From positions 43,095 to 107,094 of the forward strand of contig JBASAY010000211.1 of assembly GCA_049650865.1 (NCBI GenBank): DNA of 64,000 nt, written 5' to 3'. Positions within the stretch are counted from its first letter, which is position 1; every line of letters starts with the position of its first letter. Of the stretch, positions 47,195 to 57,219 are shown in pieces. The notes below the pieces were generated by a model. The model was not told the origin of the DNA and searched no databases. It saw nothing but the letters and a program-made list of their open reading frames with translations. The translations under genes and the position numbers were made by a program. Source of the DNA: Tunicatimonas sp. (GTDB lineage Bacteria; Bacteroidota; Bacteroidia; Cytophagales; Cyclobacteriaceae).

Positions 47195-47938
47195 ATGAAG
47201 CAGTTTATAGTGGTTTGGGTCGTGCTGTTTGGTTTCTTCAGCGCTTTTGCGCAAGAACCTGCCCCTACGGTCTACTTTATTGGTGGGTCTACTACCTCAG
47301 AGTATCCGCCCGAACGCTACCCCCGAATGGGATGGGGACAAGCGATGCCTCGTTTCTTTACCTCAGAAGTGCGCTTCTCTAACCAGGCTGCTGAGGGGCG
47401 GAGTACCAAGAGCTTTCGCGACGAAGGACGGTGGCAGGTTATTTTAGATAGTTTACAACCAGGCGACTACGTTTTTATCCAGTTTGGGCACAATGACCAA
47501 AAAGAGCACCGCCCGAAGTTATATACCAAGCCCTTTACTACTTTTGCGGATAATCTTCGCCGCTACGTAGAAGAAATCCGCAGCAAGCAAGCTACTCCCG
47601 TACTGGTCACTTCCATTCATCGGCGAAGGTTCGACAAAATCGGACGGGTTAAAAATTCGTTAGGACTCTATCCGGCTGCTATGCGTAAAGTTGCTCATGA
47701 GCTTACGGTGCCTCTAGTGGACCTACACGCAGCCTCCGAAGTGCTAATGAACGAATTGGGTCCGGAAGGAAGCAAAAAACTTTTTATGTGGCTAAAACCC
47801 GGTGAACATCAGAACTACCCGGAAGGAGTTGAAGACAATACGCATCTTACCGAAGCTGGGGCAATGGCCATGGCGGCGGCGGCGGTGCAAGACCTTAAAC
47901 GTAACGGCGTAGCCTTAATAAGTTACTTAAGAGATTAA
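47195..47938 (+). CDS. SGNH/GDSL-family esterase, rhamnogalacturonan acetylesterase-like
   Basis: 247 aa with a signal peptide. Block I YFIGGST, block III IQFGHND, block V DNTHLTEAGA. Confidence 0.85.
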   Translation: MKQFIVVWVVLFGFFSAFAQEPAPTVYFIGGSTTSEYPPERYPRMGWGQAMPRFFTSEVRFSNQAAEGRSTKSFRDEGRWQVILDSLQPGDYVFIQFGHNDQKEHRPKLYTKPFTTFADNLRRYVEEIRSKQATPVLVTSIHRRRFDKIGRVKNSLGLYPAAMRKVAHELTVPLVDLHAASEVLMNELGPEGSKKLFMWLKPGEHQNYPEGVEDNTHLTEAGAMAMAAAAVQDLKRNGVALISYLRD

Positions 47939-47968
47939 CCAAAAATTTAACTTTTTGACAATTTTACT

Positions 47969-47976
47969 TAATTTTG
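47969..47976 (+). promoter_or_regulatory. Candidate Bacteroidota -7 promoter box (TAnnTTTG)
   Basis: TAATTTTG lies 48 nt upstream of the MBOAT gene start, in an AT-rich gap. Confidence 0.35.
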
Positions 47977-48023
47977 TGTAATTTTTAATTCAATCAATCA
48001 CAACAGATTGTCAGTAGTACTCG

Positions 48024-49454
48024 ATGCTCTTTAATTCTTACATTTTTCTTCTATTCGCCGGACTAGTACTGCCGCTATTCTTTGCAGTTCCCCGCCGGTA
48101 CCGAAACCACTATTTGCTCATAGTCAGCTATATCTTTTACGGATACTGGGACTGGCGATTTTGTGGGCTACTCGCGTTCTCGACGGTTTCAGACTTCTTT
48201 TTAGGTCAGAAATTACATGATGCACCAAATGATCAGCAGCGGAAGATATTCCTATGGTCTAGCATCCTTATCAACTTAGGGGTATTGTTTTCCTTTAAGT
48301 ACTTTAACTTTTTCATCGACAGCTTTCAGGGGATGGTAGCGCCACTGGGTGCTGACCTAGATTTTTTGCACCTCACCATCATCTTACCGGTAGGGATATC
48401 GTTTTACACCTTCCAGACGATGTCTTATACTATTGATATCTACCGGCGCAACCTGACGCCCGCTCGTTCGCTGGTAGACTTTGGATTGTTCGTAGCCTTT
48501 TTTCCGCAACTCGTGGCCGGGCCCATAGAAAAGGCCAAGCATCTACTACCGCAAATTGTTGATAAACCGCTGCCTACGAAGGCGCAGATAAGAGAGGGGA
48601 TTACGTTGATCATCATTGGATTCTTCAAAAAGGTGATGATTGGCGACACCACCGGCCGGTTTGTGGATCGGGTGTTTGGCGAGATGGATGCCTTTAGTTC
48701 GGGCGAGCTGCTTACAGCACTGGTGTTGTTCTCAATCCAGATTTACGCCGACTTTTCAGGATACAGCAGTATCGCCCGGGGATTGGCAAAAATATTAGGC
48801 ATCGAGTTGATTCGTAACTTTGAGCAGCCGTACCTCTCGGCCAATATCAGCGAGTTTTGGCGACGGTGGCACATCTCGCTCGGAGCGTGGATTAAAGATT
48901 ACATATACATTCCGTTGGGAGGAAACCGGCGGGGTGAGGTTAGAACCTACGTAAACTTAGTGATTACCATGGTGCTAATCGGGCTGTGGCACGGGGCGAG
49001 CTGGACCTTCGTGGTGTACGGACTGCTCAACGGAGTATACTTAGTGGTGCACCGGTTCTTGCTTAACGGAGGCAAAATAGCCGGAAGGTACACGTACCGC
49101 GGGGTTCGTAGCTTCTTGTTTTTTGTGGGAAGCGTGCTGTTTACCAACGTATTGGTGATGATTACCCGCATATTCTTTCGGTCGCCAACGTTCTCGGATG
49201 CTGCGTATTTCGTGCAGAAAATTGTGCAGTGGGAAAGTAGTCCCATCACCGCTGATCTGATTTTTATGTCGGTAACGTTTGCCGTTATGACGTTTGCCCT
49301 GGATATCATTGAGTACTATACCCGCCGTCACGACTATATTTTGCAAATCAAGTGGCGGCCGGTGCGTTACGGAGTGTTAACTTCCTTGTTCTTTGTGGTT
49401 CTGGTGTATATGTTTCAGTATAAGCCTTTGCCATTTATTTATTTTCAGTTCTAA
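48024..49454 (+). CDS. MBOAT-family O-acyltransferase (AlgI/PatA/DltB-like)
   Basis: 476 aa, polytopic. The conserved region includes FWRRWHISLGAWIKDYIYIPLGGNR and LIGLWHGASW (catalytic His context). Confidence 0.92.
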   Translation: MLFNSYIFLLFAGLVLPLFFAVPRRYRNHYLLIVSYIFYGYWDWRFCGLLAFSTVSDFFLGQKLHDAPNDQQRKIFLWSSILINLGVLFSFKYFNFFIDSFQGMVAPLGADLDFLHLTIILPVGISFYTFQTMSYTIDIYRRNLTPARSLVDFGLFVAFFPQLVAGPIEKAKHLLPQIVDKPLPTKAQIREGITLIIIGFFKKVMIGDTTGRFVDRVFGEMDAFSSGELLTALVLFSIQIYADFSGYSSIARGLAKILGIELIRNFEQPYLSANISEFWRRWHISLGAWIKDYIYIPLGGNRRGEVRTYVNLVITMVLIGLWHGASWTFVVYGLLNGVYLVVHRFLLNGGKIAGRYTYRGVRSFLFFVGSVLFTNVLVMITRIFFRSPTFSDAAYFVQKIVQWESSPITADLIFMSVTFAVMTFALDIIEYYTRRHDYILQIKWRPVRYGVLTSLFFVVLVYMFQYKPLPFIYFQF

Positions 49455-50551
49455 TGAAGTACGTAAAATTTTTACTGGTATTCTTTCTTACCGTACTTGC
49501 AATAATGCTCGTACTGGAAGGATACATTCGAGGGGCGCGCATCGAGTCTTCGCTTAACACCGACGTGGACCCCGAGGTAGGGCGAATAAGGTTAGCAAAC
49601 GCCCAGTACATTTTCTACAATGAGGGGATGTCTATTGGTGAGTTTAACGAATACGGTTACATCGGACCGGCGTATCCCCCTAGCAAGCCCGCTAATACGG
49701 TGCGGATAGCCTTACTGGGAGACTCTTACACCGAAGGCTTATATATGGCCGAGGAACGGCACTTTCGCTCGCTGCTAGAAAACGCGTTGCGGGAAAAGTA
49801 TCAGGATAAAACCATTCAGATTCTAAATTTTGGCCGAAGCGGATTCGACCTTTCTGATATGTACGCTTACGAGGAGAATTTCGTATCACAGTTTAACCCC
49901 GACCTGGTGTTGTACTTAATCAATCCGTTCGACTTCCTACAGAGAAATACCGATCCGCTGGTGCCCTACTGGTACCTAGAGAATGATTCGCTCAAACTAA
50001 ATACCAAGTTTAAGCAGGGGAGTGATCTTAAAACGTACCAATTGGTAAAGGGAGCTTTACAGAAAAGCGCACTGCTCCAGATGCTGAAAAATGCGTATAA
50101 TCTAGCCAAGAGCGATGAGGCACCGGTTATAGTCTTGGATAAACTAGCCCCCGCTCGCGAGGATAAGCTGGCGCATCTAAAGCAAAATTACCAGATGGAA
50201 GACATTGCTAAGGAGAAAGTATCGCAGCGAATCATCAGGCGCCTTAGCAAACGCTCTGATGTGGTGATCATTAATCGTGGTAAGGAACCCTGGCCGCACG
50301 CGTTGATACAATGGTCAGGAGTTGATTCTGCTCAATTTATTGACATGGGGCCCCTCTTCGTGCGTCTACGCGATAATGGTCACCAAACACGCTACTGGAA
50401 GGCAACCAACCAAACCGGCCACTGGAACGTGAAAACGCAAGGATACGTGAGTACTTTTTTATCAGCTCGGCTGGATACAATCATCCGGAAAAAGCAGAAG
50501 TTTCTGACCAACCGAAGAGAAACATCTTTTAAATCAACGGCCACTAATTAG
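49454..50551 (+). CDS. SGNH-like partner protein of the MBOAT acyltransferase (AlgJ/AlgX/PatB-like role inferred)
   Basis: 365 aa with an N-terminal TM anchor. GDS block IALLGDSYTEG. The start shares 1 nt with the MBOAT stop (TAATG). Confidence 0.65.
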   Translation: MKYVKFLLVFFLTVLAIMLVLEGYIRGARIESSLNTDVDPEVGRIRLANAQYIFYNEGMSIGEFNEYGYIGPAYPPSKPANTVRIALLGDSYTEGLYMAEERHFRSLLENALREKYQDKTIQILNFGRSGFDLSDMYAYEENFVSQFNPDLVLYLINPFDFLQRNTDPLVPYWYLENDSLKLNTKFKQGSDLKTYQLVKGALQKSALLQMLKNAYNLAKSDEAPVIVLDKLAPAREDKLAHLKQNYQMEDIAKEKVSQRIIRRLSKRSDVVIINRGKEPWPHALIQWSGVDSAQFIDMGPLFVRLRDNGHQTRYWKATNQTGHWNVKTQGYVSTFLSARLDTIIRKKQKFLTNRRETSFKSTATN

Positions 50552-53500
50552 TAGTTGCCAAACGGCGAGCTACTGCCGAGTGCTTAAAGTAAATCCAGTC
50601 TACTGATACCCCTGCTTCTTCGGGGCTTTCTTCAGGAAGAGCCGCAACCACGTGTAGTTGCTGCTGCCCGGGCGGCATATCATCCACCGGAATGGTAACC
50701 TCAGTCCAGTTAGTAGCCCCTTGCGTGTCAGGAACCTCAACGGTACCGACTACTTTACCATCCTTTAGCTTCACGGTGATACTGGCTCCGGCTGTGGTGG
50801 CGGCCACCCGCAGATTAAGTGCGCTCACGTCGCGGAAATCAACGCTATCAAAAACCAGATAGCTTCCGTCCTTCATGCGGTCAACGTACGAATAGCCGAA
50901 CTCAGGAGCATTGCGAACACGCGCATTAAACTTTTCGCTAAAGGCTTCGGCTTGCATTCTAGCGTCACGCAGAACAACTCGTTGGGTGCGGGTAATTGGT
51001 TCGGTATTCTCACCACCTTTGTCGGTGTAGCTGGCGGTTAGCTCGTACTGCCCACCGACGTCATCGGGTTGGATGGTTCCGGCTAGTGGCACCGAAGATC
51101 GCTCGTCTAGCGACAGAATATAATCAACGATATATCCAGCCTCTTGCTCCGATACCGCCTGGGCAGGCATCGCGCGTTCGCCCCAGTTTCCTTTGCCGCC
51201 CTTCAGCACCTTATTTACCAGCATACTGGTCGTCTCAGCGTTGCGCTCGTAGCGGGCAGCCACTGCGTTGTAGGCTGGTCCTACCGACTGTTTCTCGTAC
51301 GAGTGACACGCTTTGCAACCGCTGCTTTCAATGAGGGTAAAACCACTAGTTACCATCTTATGGCCTAAATCGTCGGTGCCGTCGGCGGCCGGAACAAAGT
51401 TGTAGGCGAAGTTAACTGCTTGAACGTCGATGCTTCCTTTGGTTAGGCTACCGTCTTCTCGGTCGTCTACCTTCACCTGATACTTGATGGGAACTCCCTC
51501 CCAGTAAAAGGAGGAGTTAGACGCTAGCGCGATGTCTACGGCGGGGGGATCGTTGCCCACCTCAACTTCTAAAATCTTGGTAGTGCTCGCTCCGGCCTGA
51601 TCCACCACGGTTAGCCGAACCGGGTACTTTCCGGCCTTCTCAAACGTATACTCGGGGTTAGCCTCTTCTGATTGTACCCCTTCGCCCTCAAACGTCCACT
51701 GGTAGCTAAGCGCATCATCAGCGTCGTAGTCAAAGCTACCCTCGCTTGAGAAGGAAGCGGTAAAGGGGGCGGCGCCCATCGTTTGGTTAACCGCAAGTTG
51801 CGCGATAGGCGGGCGGTTGCCCTCGGAGTAATCAATGCGCGACAGCATCGCACCGGGGTTGGCCGCAAACCAGTCGCTTCCGTATTCTAGCAGGTACAGC
51901 TCGCCGTTCGGGCCAAGCTCAAGGTCGATCAGGTGGTTAAAGGTTTCTGACTCCATGAAAGGCTCAATGCGCGTCAGATCACCATTCGCATCCAGCGTAA
52001 GCGCTTTGATCCACCCGCGCATCCAGTCGTACACAAACACCTTGTTGTCGTAGTAGTCGGGCAAGCGCTTGTGCCCGTAGGGAAACATCTCGGCGTGGTA
52101 GGTGGGCCCAGCCATCGCGTTGCGCCCCCCCTTGCCCAGCGAAGGAAACTCGGGAGACACATCGTACGGATACCAAAGCAGTGCTTTCTGAAAGGGAGGC
52201 AGCACCTCGGCACCCGTGTTGTTGGGCGAGCGGTTGACCGGGGCGGCGGGGTCGTAGTAGGCACCGATCTCACTAGTAGCGAAGTTATAGTCGGGGTAAG
52301 CCTGGTTGCCGCGGAAGTAGGGCCAGCCGAAGTTGCCGGCGGCTTTAGCCTGATTGACCTCATCGTAACCCCGGGGACCGCGTTCGCTATCCTCGCGCGC
52401 GTCGTTGCCCACGTCGCCCCAGTAGAGCCAACCCGTAGCCTGGTCAACGCTGATGCGGTAGGAGTTGCGGGTGCCCATGGTGTAGATCTCCGGTCGACCA
52501 CCCGAACCGTCTTTCGCAAACAAATTATCGTCAGGAATATCGTAGCTGGCATCATCGTTTACGCGGATGCGCAGCACCTTGCCGCGCAGGTCGTTGGTAT
52601 TGCCCGACGAGCCCTGGGCGTCGAAGGGAGCGCGACCGGGGCGCTCGTCGATGGGTGCGTAGCCGTCGGACTCGAAAGGATTAGTATCATCGCCGGTAGA
52701 GAGAAAGAGGTTGCCATCGGGACCGAAGGTAATAGAGCCGCCGGTGTGGCAGCACTGCTCGCGCTGCACATCGACGGTAAGGATGAGCTTTTCGGATGAC
52801 ATGATGAGGCTATCGCCCAGCAGCAGGAAGCGCGATAGGTGCTGTACGGGTTTGTCGCCCGCGGGCGAATAGTACATGTAAATCCAGTGGTTGCGATAGA
52901 AGTCCGGGTCGCAGGCAATGCCCATCAGTCCGTCTTCAAACTTGGTGTGCACGTCGAGCTGCGCAATCTGCTTATGCGATTCGGTTTCAGGATCGTAGAG
53001 GATCACCGCCCCCTTGCGTTGGGTAAATACTACCTTGCCATCGGGCAGCACGGTGAGTTCGGTAGGTTCTTCCAGGGGGCCGGGCACCAGTACGTGCTTC
53101 ACGAAGCGGCTGTCCTCGGGCACCGGCAACGAACTAGCCCGCTGGTAGTCTAGATCGTTGTCGCCGATGACAAAGTCGATACCTTCGGCAATGAGTTCCG
53201 CTTCGCGAGGAGAGAACAAATCAGCTGATACTTTTTCGCCATTTAGATAGAAGACGTTGCCGCCGTCGTATTCCCGCTCAATTACATTAATGCCTTCTTC
53301 ACTTCGCTCACCCTCCTCGTTGGCCATCAGTTCTACGGGCATTTCCTCAAAGGTTTGGTCTTCGGAGGCCTCACCCGTACGAATGCCTAACAAACCCTCG
53401 TACCAGGGCCAAGTATATCTAGTGTTAATGGGCGAAGCCACGCCCACGAACCCGCCGCCCGCCTGGACAAAGCGCTCTACACTGTTTTGCTGCTTAATAT

Positions 53501-53798
53501 CTAGTGAATCAACCAGGGCGTTAAGAAACACCACCGCACTGTAATTCACTAGATTGTCTTCGCTGAGTAGTATAGCTCGCTGGGTAGTATCTACCTGAAA
53601 CTGCTGCTCTTGCCCCACTTCCTGGATCACCTTTACGCCAGCGGGTACGCTACCCCCGGTGGGTTGGTAGAAGACCAGCACCTTCCGTTCGCGTTCGTTC
53701 TGACAAGATAGAAGGGTCAAAAAGCTCAGGCCAAGACATAGGGAAGAGAGAAACGTTCGCATAGCAAGCAGATAAAGTGACTGTAGAAAATGAGGCAC
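50544..53798 (-). CDS. Multidomain ThuA-like / PQQ-dependent sugar dehydrogenase / PKD / cytochrome c / carbohydrate-binding-module protein
   Basis: 1084 aa with a signal peptide. ThuA-like N-terminus (KVLVFYQPTGG...FVQAGGGFVGV). Beta-propeller sugar-dehydrogenase part (HTGGSITFGPDGNLFLSTGD). PKD (YQWTFEGEG...YPVRLTVVD). Heme motif CKACH (nt 51303-51317). C-terminal CBM-like domain. Confidence 0.88.
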   Translation of the reverse strand: MPHFLQSLYLLAMRTFLSSLCLGLSFLTLLSCQNERERKVLVFYQPTGGSVPAGVKVIQEVGQEQQFQVDTTQRAILLSEDNLVNYSAVVFLNALVDSLDIKQQNSVERFVQAGGGFVGVASPINTRYTWPWYEGLLGIRTGEASEDQTFEEMPVELMANEEGERSEEGINVIEREYDGGNVFYLNGEKVSADLFSPREAELIAEGIDFVIGDNDLDYQRASSLPVPEDSRFVKHVLVPGPLEEPTELTVLPDGKVVFTQRKGAVILYDPETESHKQIAQLDVHTKFEDGLMGIACDPDFYRNHWIYMYYSPAGDKPVQHLSRFLLLGDSLIMSSEKLILTVDVQREQCCHTGGSITFGPDGNLFLSTGDDTNPFESDGYAPIDERPGRAPFDAQGSSGNTNDLRGKVLRIRVNDDASYDIPDDNLFAKDGSGGRPEIYTMGTRNSYRISVDQATGWLYWGDVGNDAREDSERGPRGYDEVNQAKAAGNFGWPYFRGNQAYPDYNFATSEIGAYYDPAAPVNRSPNNTGAEVLPPFQKALLWYPYDVSPEFPSLGKGGRNAMAGPTYHAEMFPYGHKRLPDYYDNKVFVYDWMRGWIKALTLDANGDLTRIEPFMESETFNHLIDLELGPNGELYLLEYGSDWFAANPGAMLSRIDYSEGNRPPIAQLAVNQTMGAAPFTASFSSEGSFDYDADDALSYQWTFEGEGVQSEEANPEYTFEKAGKYPVRLTVVDQAGASTTKILEVEVGNDPPAVDIALASNSSFYWEGVPIKYQVKVDDREDGSLTKGSIDVQAVNFAYNFVPAADGTDDLGHKMVTSGFTLIESSGCKACHSYEKQSVGPAYNAVAARYERNAETTSMLVNKVLKGGKGNWGERAMPAQAVSEQEAGYIVDYILSLDERSSVPLAGTIQPDDVGGQYELTASYTDKGGENTEPITRTQRVVLRDARMQAEAFSEKFNARVRNAPEFGYSYVDRMKDGSYLVFDSVDFRDVSALNLRVAATTAGASITVKLKDGKVVGTVEVPDTQGATNWTEVTIPVDDMPPGQQQLHVVAALPEESPEEAGVSVDWIYFKHSAVARRLATTN

Positions 53799-53959
53799 GG
53801 AAATTAGCGCCTATTTGGATACAAAACCAGAAAGGTTATAAAATTAGTTTCTCGTAAGCCACTTGTTTTGCGACTATGTAAGCGAGGGCCAACAGCTTGT
53901 CTGACTGAAGGTAGCAAGAAACTAGGAAAAGAAGAGGCCGGTTAGCGGGCTAATATGCA

Positions 53960-54421
53960 TTATGAAGCTGACAGCACGCTTTCTTTCGCCCGTCGTTTCT
54001 TTTTTCTGCCCCTTTTTGTGATAACGATCCCACTGACCAAAGTGGCCAAGCCTACTCCAGCGATAACCCCGTAGCGAGTTGCTTCGTCTGAAACATTTCG
54101 TCCAGCAATAGGTGCTAGCGTAGCAATAGTAATCATACCCAAACAACCCACCACAATGGCTCCTCCGCCAATCCCTACCAGGCTATACCCACCAATAAGC
54201 TGCCTGTTGGCCTGTTTGTTAGCCCTCAAAGCACTTTGCAGAGTACTGTTTACCGGCGGATTGTTCCATCGATAGTCGCGGGCCGGGAAATCCTGCCGTT
54301 CCAACCATCGAGTCTGGCGTTCAACCTCTCGGAGGGTAGGATACGAAGTGCTTTGTCCGTACCCGATTCCACTCCAGGCAAGCAGTAAAACGATGGGCCA
54401 GACGGCCGCGCGTTGTTTCAT
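53960..54421 (-). CDS. Hypothetical membrane protein
   Basis: 153 aa. Signal peptide, two Gly-rich hydrophobic segments, basic tail KRGRKKKRRAK. Confidence 0.5.
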   Translation of the reverse strand: MKQRAAVWPIVLLLAWSGIGYGQSTSYPTLREVERQTRWLERQDFPARDYRWNNPPVNSTLQSALRANKQANRQLIGGYSLVGIGGGAIVVGCLGMITIATLAPIAGRNVSDEATRYGVIAGVGLATLVSGIVITKRGRKKKRRAKESVLSAS

Positions 54422-54527
54422 AGGTATGACCCGATTAAGTACAGAAACCAGACTCTACCTACCAACAAAAGGTTGGAAACCCAACTGCTCAATCATGAAC
54501 CCACCACTAGGGGGCCGTAAGTTGCCC

Positions 54528-56366
54528 CTACTCGTACAATACCTGATGCCATTCCTTAAGCTGAGCGGGGTCTAGCTTGATTACCTTTCGGTCGTAGGTC
54601 ATCAGGCCGTTTACTTCTATCTCTACGTCGGTGGTTTGGGTATACACCGCCGCCGAAAGCCCCTTTGCTAGCAGCGGTTTTAGATCCTGAATCAGCTGCT
54701 GATAGCGCTCCGCCAGGGCTGCCTGATCCTCAAAGCTACGGTATCCCCAGTTGTCCTTTTCCTGCCAGGTGTGGCCTTCCATCGGCAGCCCCAATCCGCC
54801 GTACTCTCCCAATACCAAGGCACGCTCCTGACCAAACAAATCGGGGCGGGGCATCTCCGGGTCGGGATAGTTATGAACGTCCAGGATGTGACCTACCGGG
54901 AAGAAGTTGCCGCCGCTGGCGCTGTTCACCAGCCGCGTGGTGTCGTACTGCATGGTCCATTCGGTAATCTCCTCGGTCTTAAACTGCCCCCAAGCTTCGT
55001 TGAAGGGTACCCACACCACAATGGACGGGAAGTTGTAGAAAGCATCCATGATTGCCTGCCATTCGGTGCGGAATATCTCTTCCGACTCGGCGGTACGATC
55101 GCGCTCAGTGCCGCCAATCACGCCCGGACGGGAGTTCCAATCGTTGCCCATGTCCCCGCTGGGCATGTCTTGCCACACTAGCAGCCCCACACTGTCGCAG
55201 TAGTAGTACCAGCGGGCTGGCTCCACCTTCACGTGCTTGCGAATCATGTTGAAGCCCATTTCTTTGGTCTTGACAATATCGAAAAGTAGCGCCTCGTCGG
55301 TAGGAGCAGTGTAGAGTCCATCGGGCCACCAGCCCTGGTCGAGCGGACCGTACTGAAACAACACTTCGTTGTTCAGTAGCATTCGTTGGGTACCCTCATC
55401 GTTGGGAGCCATACTGCTTTTGCGCAGTGCGGAGTAGCTTGTCACTTGGTCTACCACCTTACCTCGGCGGAGCAGCGCGATCTCCAGATCGTAGAGGTGC
55501 GGATTGTCGGGCGTCCACCGGATTGGATTGTCGAGACGAAGCACCGCCGCCTGATCAGCGCCTACGGTTTGTTCGGCTACGGTGGCGGAGCCGTCCAGCA
55601 CCTTAACCCGCAGTTGGTCATCGGGTCGAGCGTTTTCTACCTGGGCACCAATGGTAAACGAAGATGCGTCGAGGTTTGGCGTGTTCTTGGTTGAGGCAAT
55701 GTAGGTGTCGGGCACCACTTCTAGCCAGACGGTTTGCCAAATGCCCGTTACCGGAGTGTACCAGATTCTCTGGGGCTGATTTATCTGTTTGCCCCGGGGC
55801 TGGGGTCCGTCGTCGGTAGGGTCCCACACCCGCACCACCAGTTCCTGCGCATCTTTTCCATTGATTTGCTCCGTAACGTCGAACGAAAAGGGATCGTAGC
55901 CGCCCCGGTGGGTGCCTACCTCTTGCCCGTTAAGGTAGACCTGCGCCTCCCAGTCGACCGCCCCGAAGTGAAGCAGCACCCGCTTGCCACGCTTCATCGA
56001 GGGCGGCGTGAAGGTGGTTTGGTACCATAGCACGCTGTCGTTCCCCACGCGCTGGCCCACGCCCGACAGTGCCGACTCTACGGCGAAGGGCACGAGGATC
56101 TGGCCTTGATACTCCTGGGGTTGCGCTTGGTCTTTTTCCTGGATACGGTATTGCCACAGACCGTTGAGATTTTGCCAGTTAGGGCGCACCAGCTGCGGCC
56201 GTGGGTAGGCAGGCAGGGGATTTTGCGGGTCTACATCGGCGGCCCACGGGGTCAGGATTTTGGTGTCTATCGCCCGCCACGCTGGGCCCTGAGCTTGAGA
56301 AAACGTAGGTTGAGACAGGCAAAGTATCAATAAGAAGGCAGGGATGTTAAAATGGGAATAGGTCAT
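54528..56366 (-). CDS. Glycoside hydrolase family 2 protein
   Basis: GH2-like sugar-binding, Ig-like and TIM-barrel order. Acid/base context VPFNEAWGQ and nucleophile context LGEYGG. I prefer the start at 56366 (MTYSHFNIPAFLLILCL signal peptide) to 56423. Confidence 0.88.
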   Translation of the reverse strand: MTYSHFNIPAFLLILCLSQPTFSQAQGPAWRAIDTKILTPWAADVDPQNPLPAYPRPQLVRPNWQNLNGLWQYRIQEKDQAQPQEYQGQILVPFAVESALSGVGQRVGNDSVLWYQTTFTPPSMKRGKRVLLHFGAVDWEAQVYLNGQEVGTHRGGYDPFSFDVTEQINGKDAQELVVRVWDPTDDGPQPRGKQINQPQRIWYTPVTGIWQTVWLEVVPDTYIASTKNTPNLDASSFTIGAQVENARPDDQLRVKVLDGSATVAEQTVGADQAAVLRLDNPIRWTPDNPHLYDLEIALLRRGKVVDQVTSYSALRKSSMAPNDEGTQRMLLNNEVLFQYGPLDQGWWPDGLYTAPTDEALLFDIVKTKEMGFNMIRKHVKVEPARWYYYCDSVGLLVWQDMPSGDMGNDWNSRPGVIGGTERDRTAESEEIFRTEWQAIMDAFYNFPSIVVWVPFNEAWGQFKTEEITEWTMQYDTTRLVNSASGGNFFPVGHILDVHNYPDPEMPRPDLFGQERALVLGEYGGLGLPMEGHTWQEKDNWGYRSFEDQAALAERYQQLIQDLKPLLAKGLSAAVYTQTTDVEIEVNGLMTYDRKVIKLDPAQLKEWHQVLYE

Positions 56367-56427
56367 GTTAATGGCTGAATTCTTGGTTAATGACATAAAA
56401 CGAAGATGATTACTTGGCAGCAATAAA

Positions 56428-56448
56428 AAACCCGCCAGCAGCGGGTTT
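56428..56448 (-). terminator. Putative terminator downstream of the DUF1080 gene
   Basis: 8-bp stem aaacccgc / gcgggttt with a 5-nt loop. Flanked by A and T runs. Confidence 0.6.
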
Positions 56449-56470
56449 AATAATAAGCAAGAAGGGCAAT

Positions 56471-57208
56471 TTACAATTCCTTCACCCGAATATTGCGAAA
56501 CGACACCTCGTCGCCGTGGTCCTGTAAGGCGATATGCCCTTCTTTGGCCAAACCATAGGCGGGAAATTTAGCGAATTTGCTGTTGGCTACCATCTCCTCC
56601 CATTCGGGAGTCCACAGTTCGTACTCCACTACCTTCTCGCCGTTCAGGTAATGCTCCACTTGGCCATTGTTCACCACCAAGCGAGTTTCGTTCCACTCTC
56701 CGGCGGGCCGCACGGTTTCTACGGTCGACTTTTGCAGGTCGTAGTTGTCACCGGCGCGGTGCTTCTCGATTTTGGCGTCGGCGTGGCGCTCGTTGTCCAG
56801 CAGCTGATACTCGGGACCGGTGTGGTAGGTAGCGCCCAGCGTGTCGGCCTCAGCCACGTGAAACATCAGTCCGCTGTTGCCACCTTCTGAAATCTTCCAC
56901 TCCATCTCAAAAGCAAAGTCGTCGTACTCTTCCTTGGTAATTAGGTCGCCGCCGCCCTTGCCGGTGAGCGTGAGCACACCGTCCTCCAGCACCCAGGCAG
57001 AGCCAATGGTATCAGCTTTGAAGTTGCGCCAGTGGTCAAGCGCCGTGAGGTCTTGCCACTCGCCCTCTTCATCCACGGTGGCCCCGGCATCATCAATAAG
57101 CTCCACGTCTTCGGTGGCCGCTACGCGTTCGGGATTGGAATTGCAGGCGGCTAGGCCGTAGATTACCAGTCCACTCATCAGAAAATTAATACTCAAAGAT
57201 TTGGTCAT
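56471..57208 (-). CDS. DUF1080-family (3-keto-disaccharide hydrolase-like, LamG fold) lipoprotein
   Basis: 245 aa. Lipobox GLAAC. Family-typical C-terminus GHIALQDHGDEVSFRNIRVKEL. Confidence 0.85.
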   Translation of the reverse strand: MTKSLSINFLMSGLVIYGLAACNSNPERVAATEDVELIDDAGATVDEEGEWQDLTALDHWRNFKADTIGSAWVLEDGVLTLTGKGGGDLITKEEYDDFAFEMEWKISEGGNSGLMFHVAEADTLGATYHTGPEYQLLDNERHADAKIEKHRAGDNYDLQKSTVETVRPAGEWNETRLVVNNGQVEHYLNGEKVVEYELWTPEWEEMVANSKFAKFPAYGLAKEGHIALQDHGDEVSFRNIRVKEL

Positions 57209-57219
57209 CGTAGTATGTG

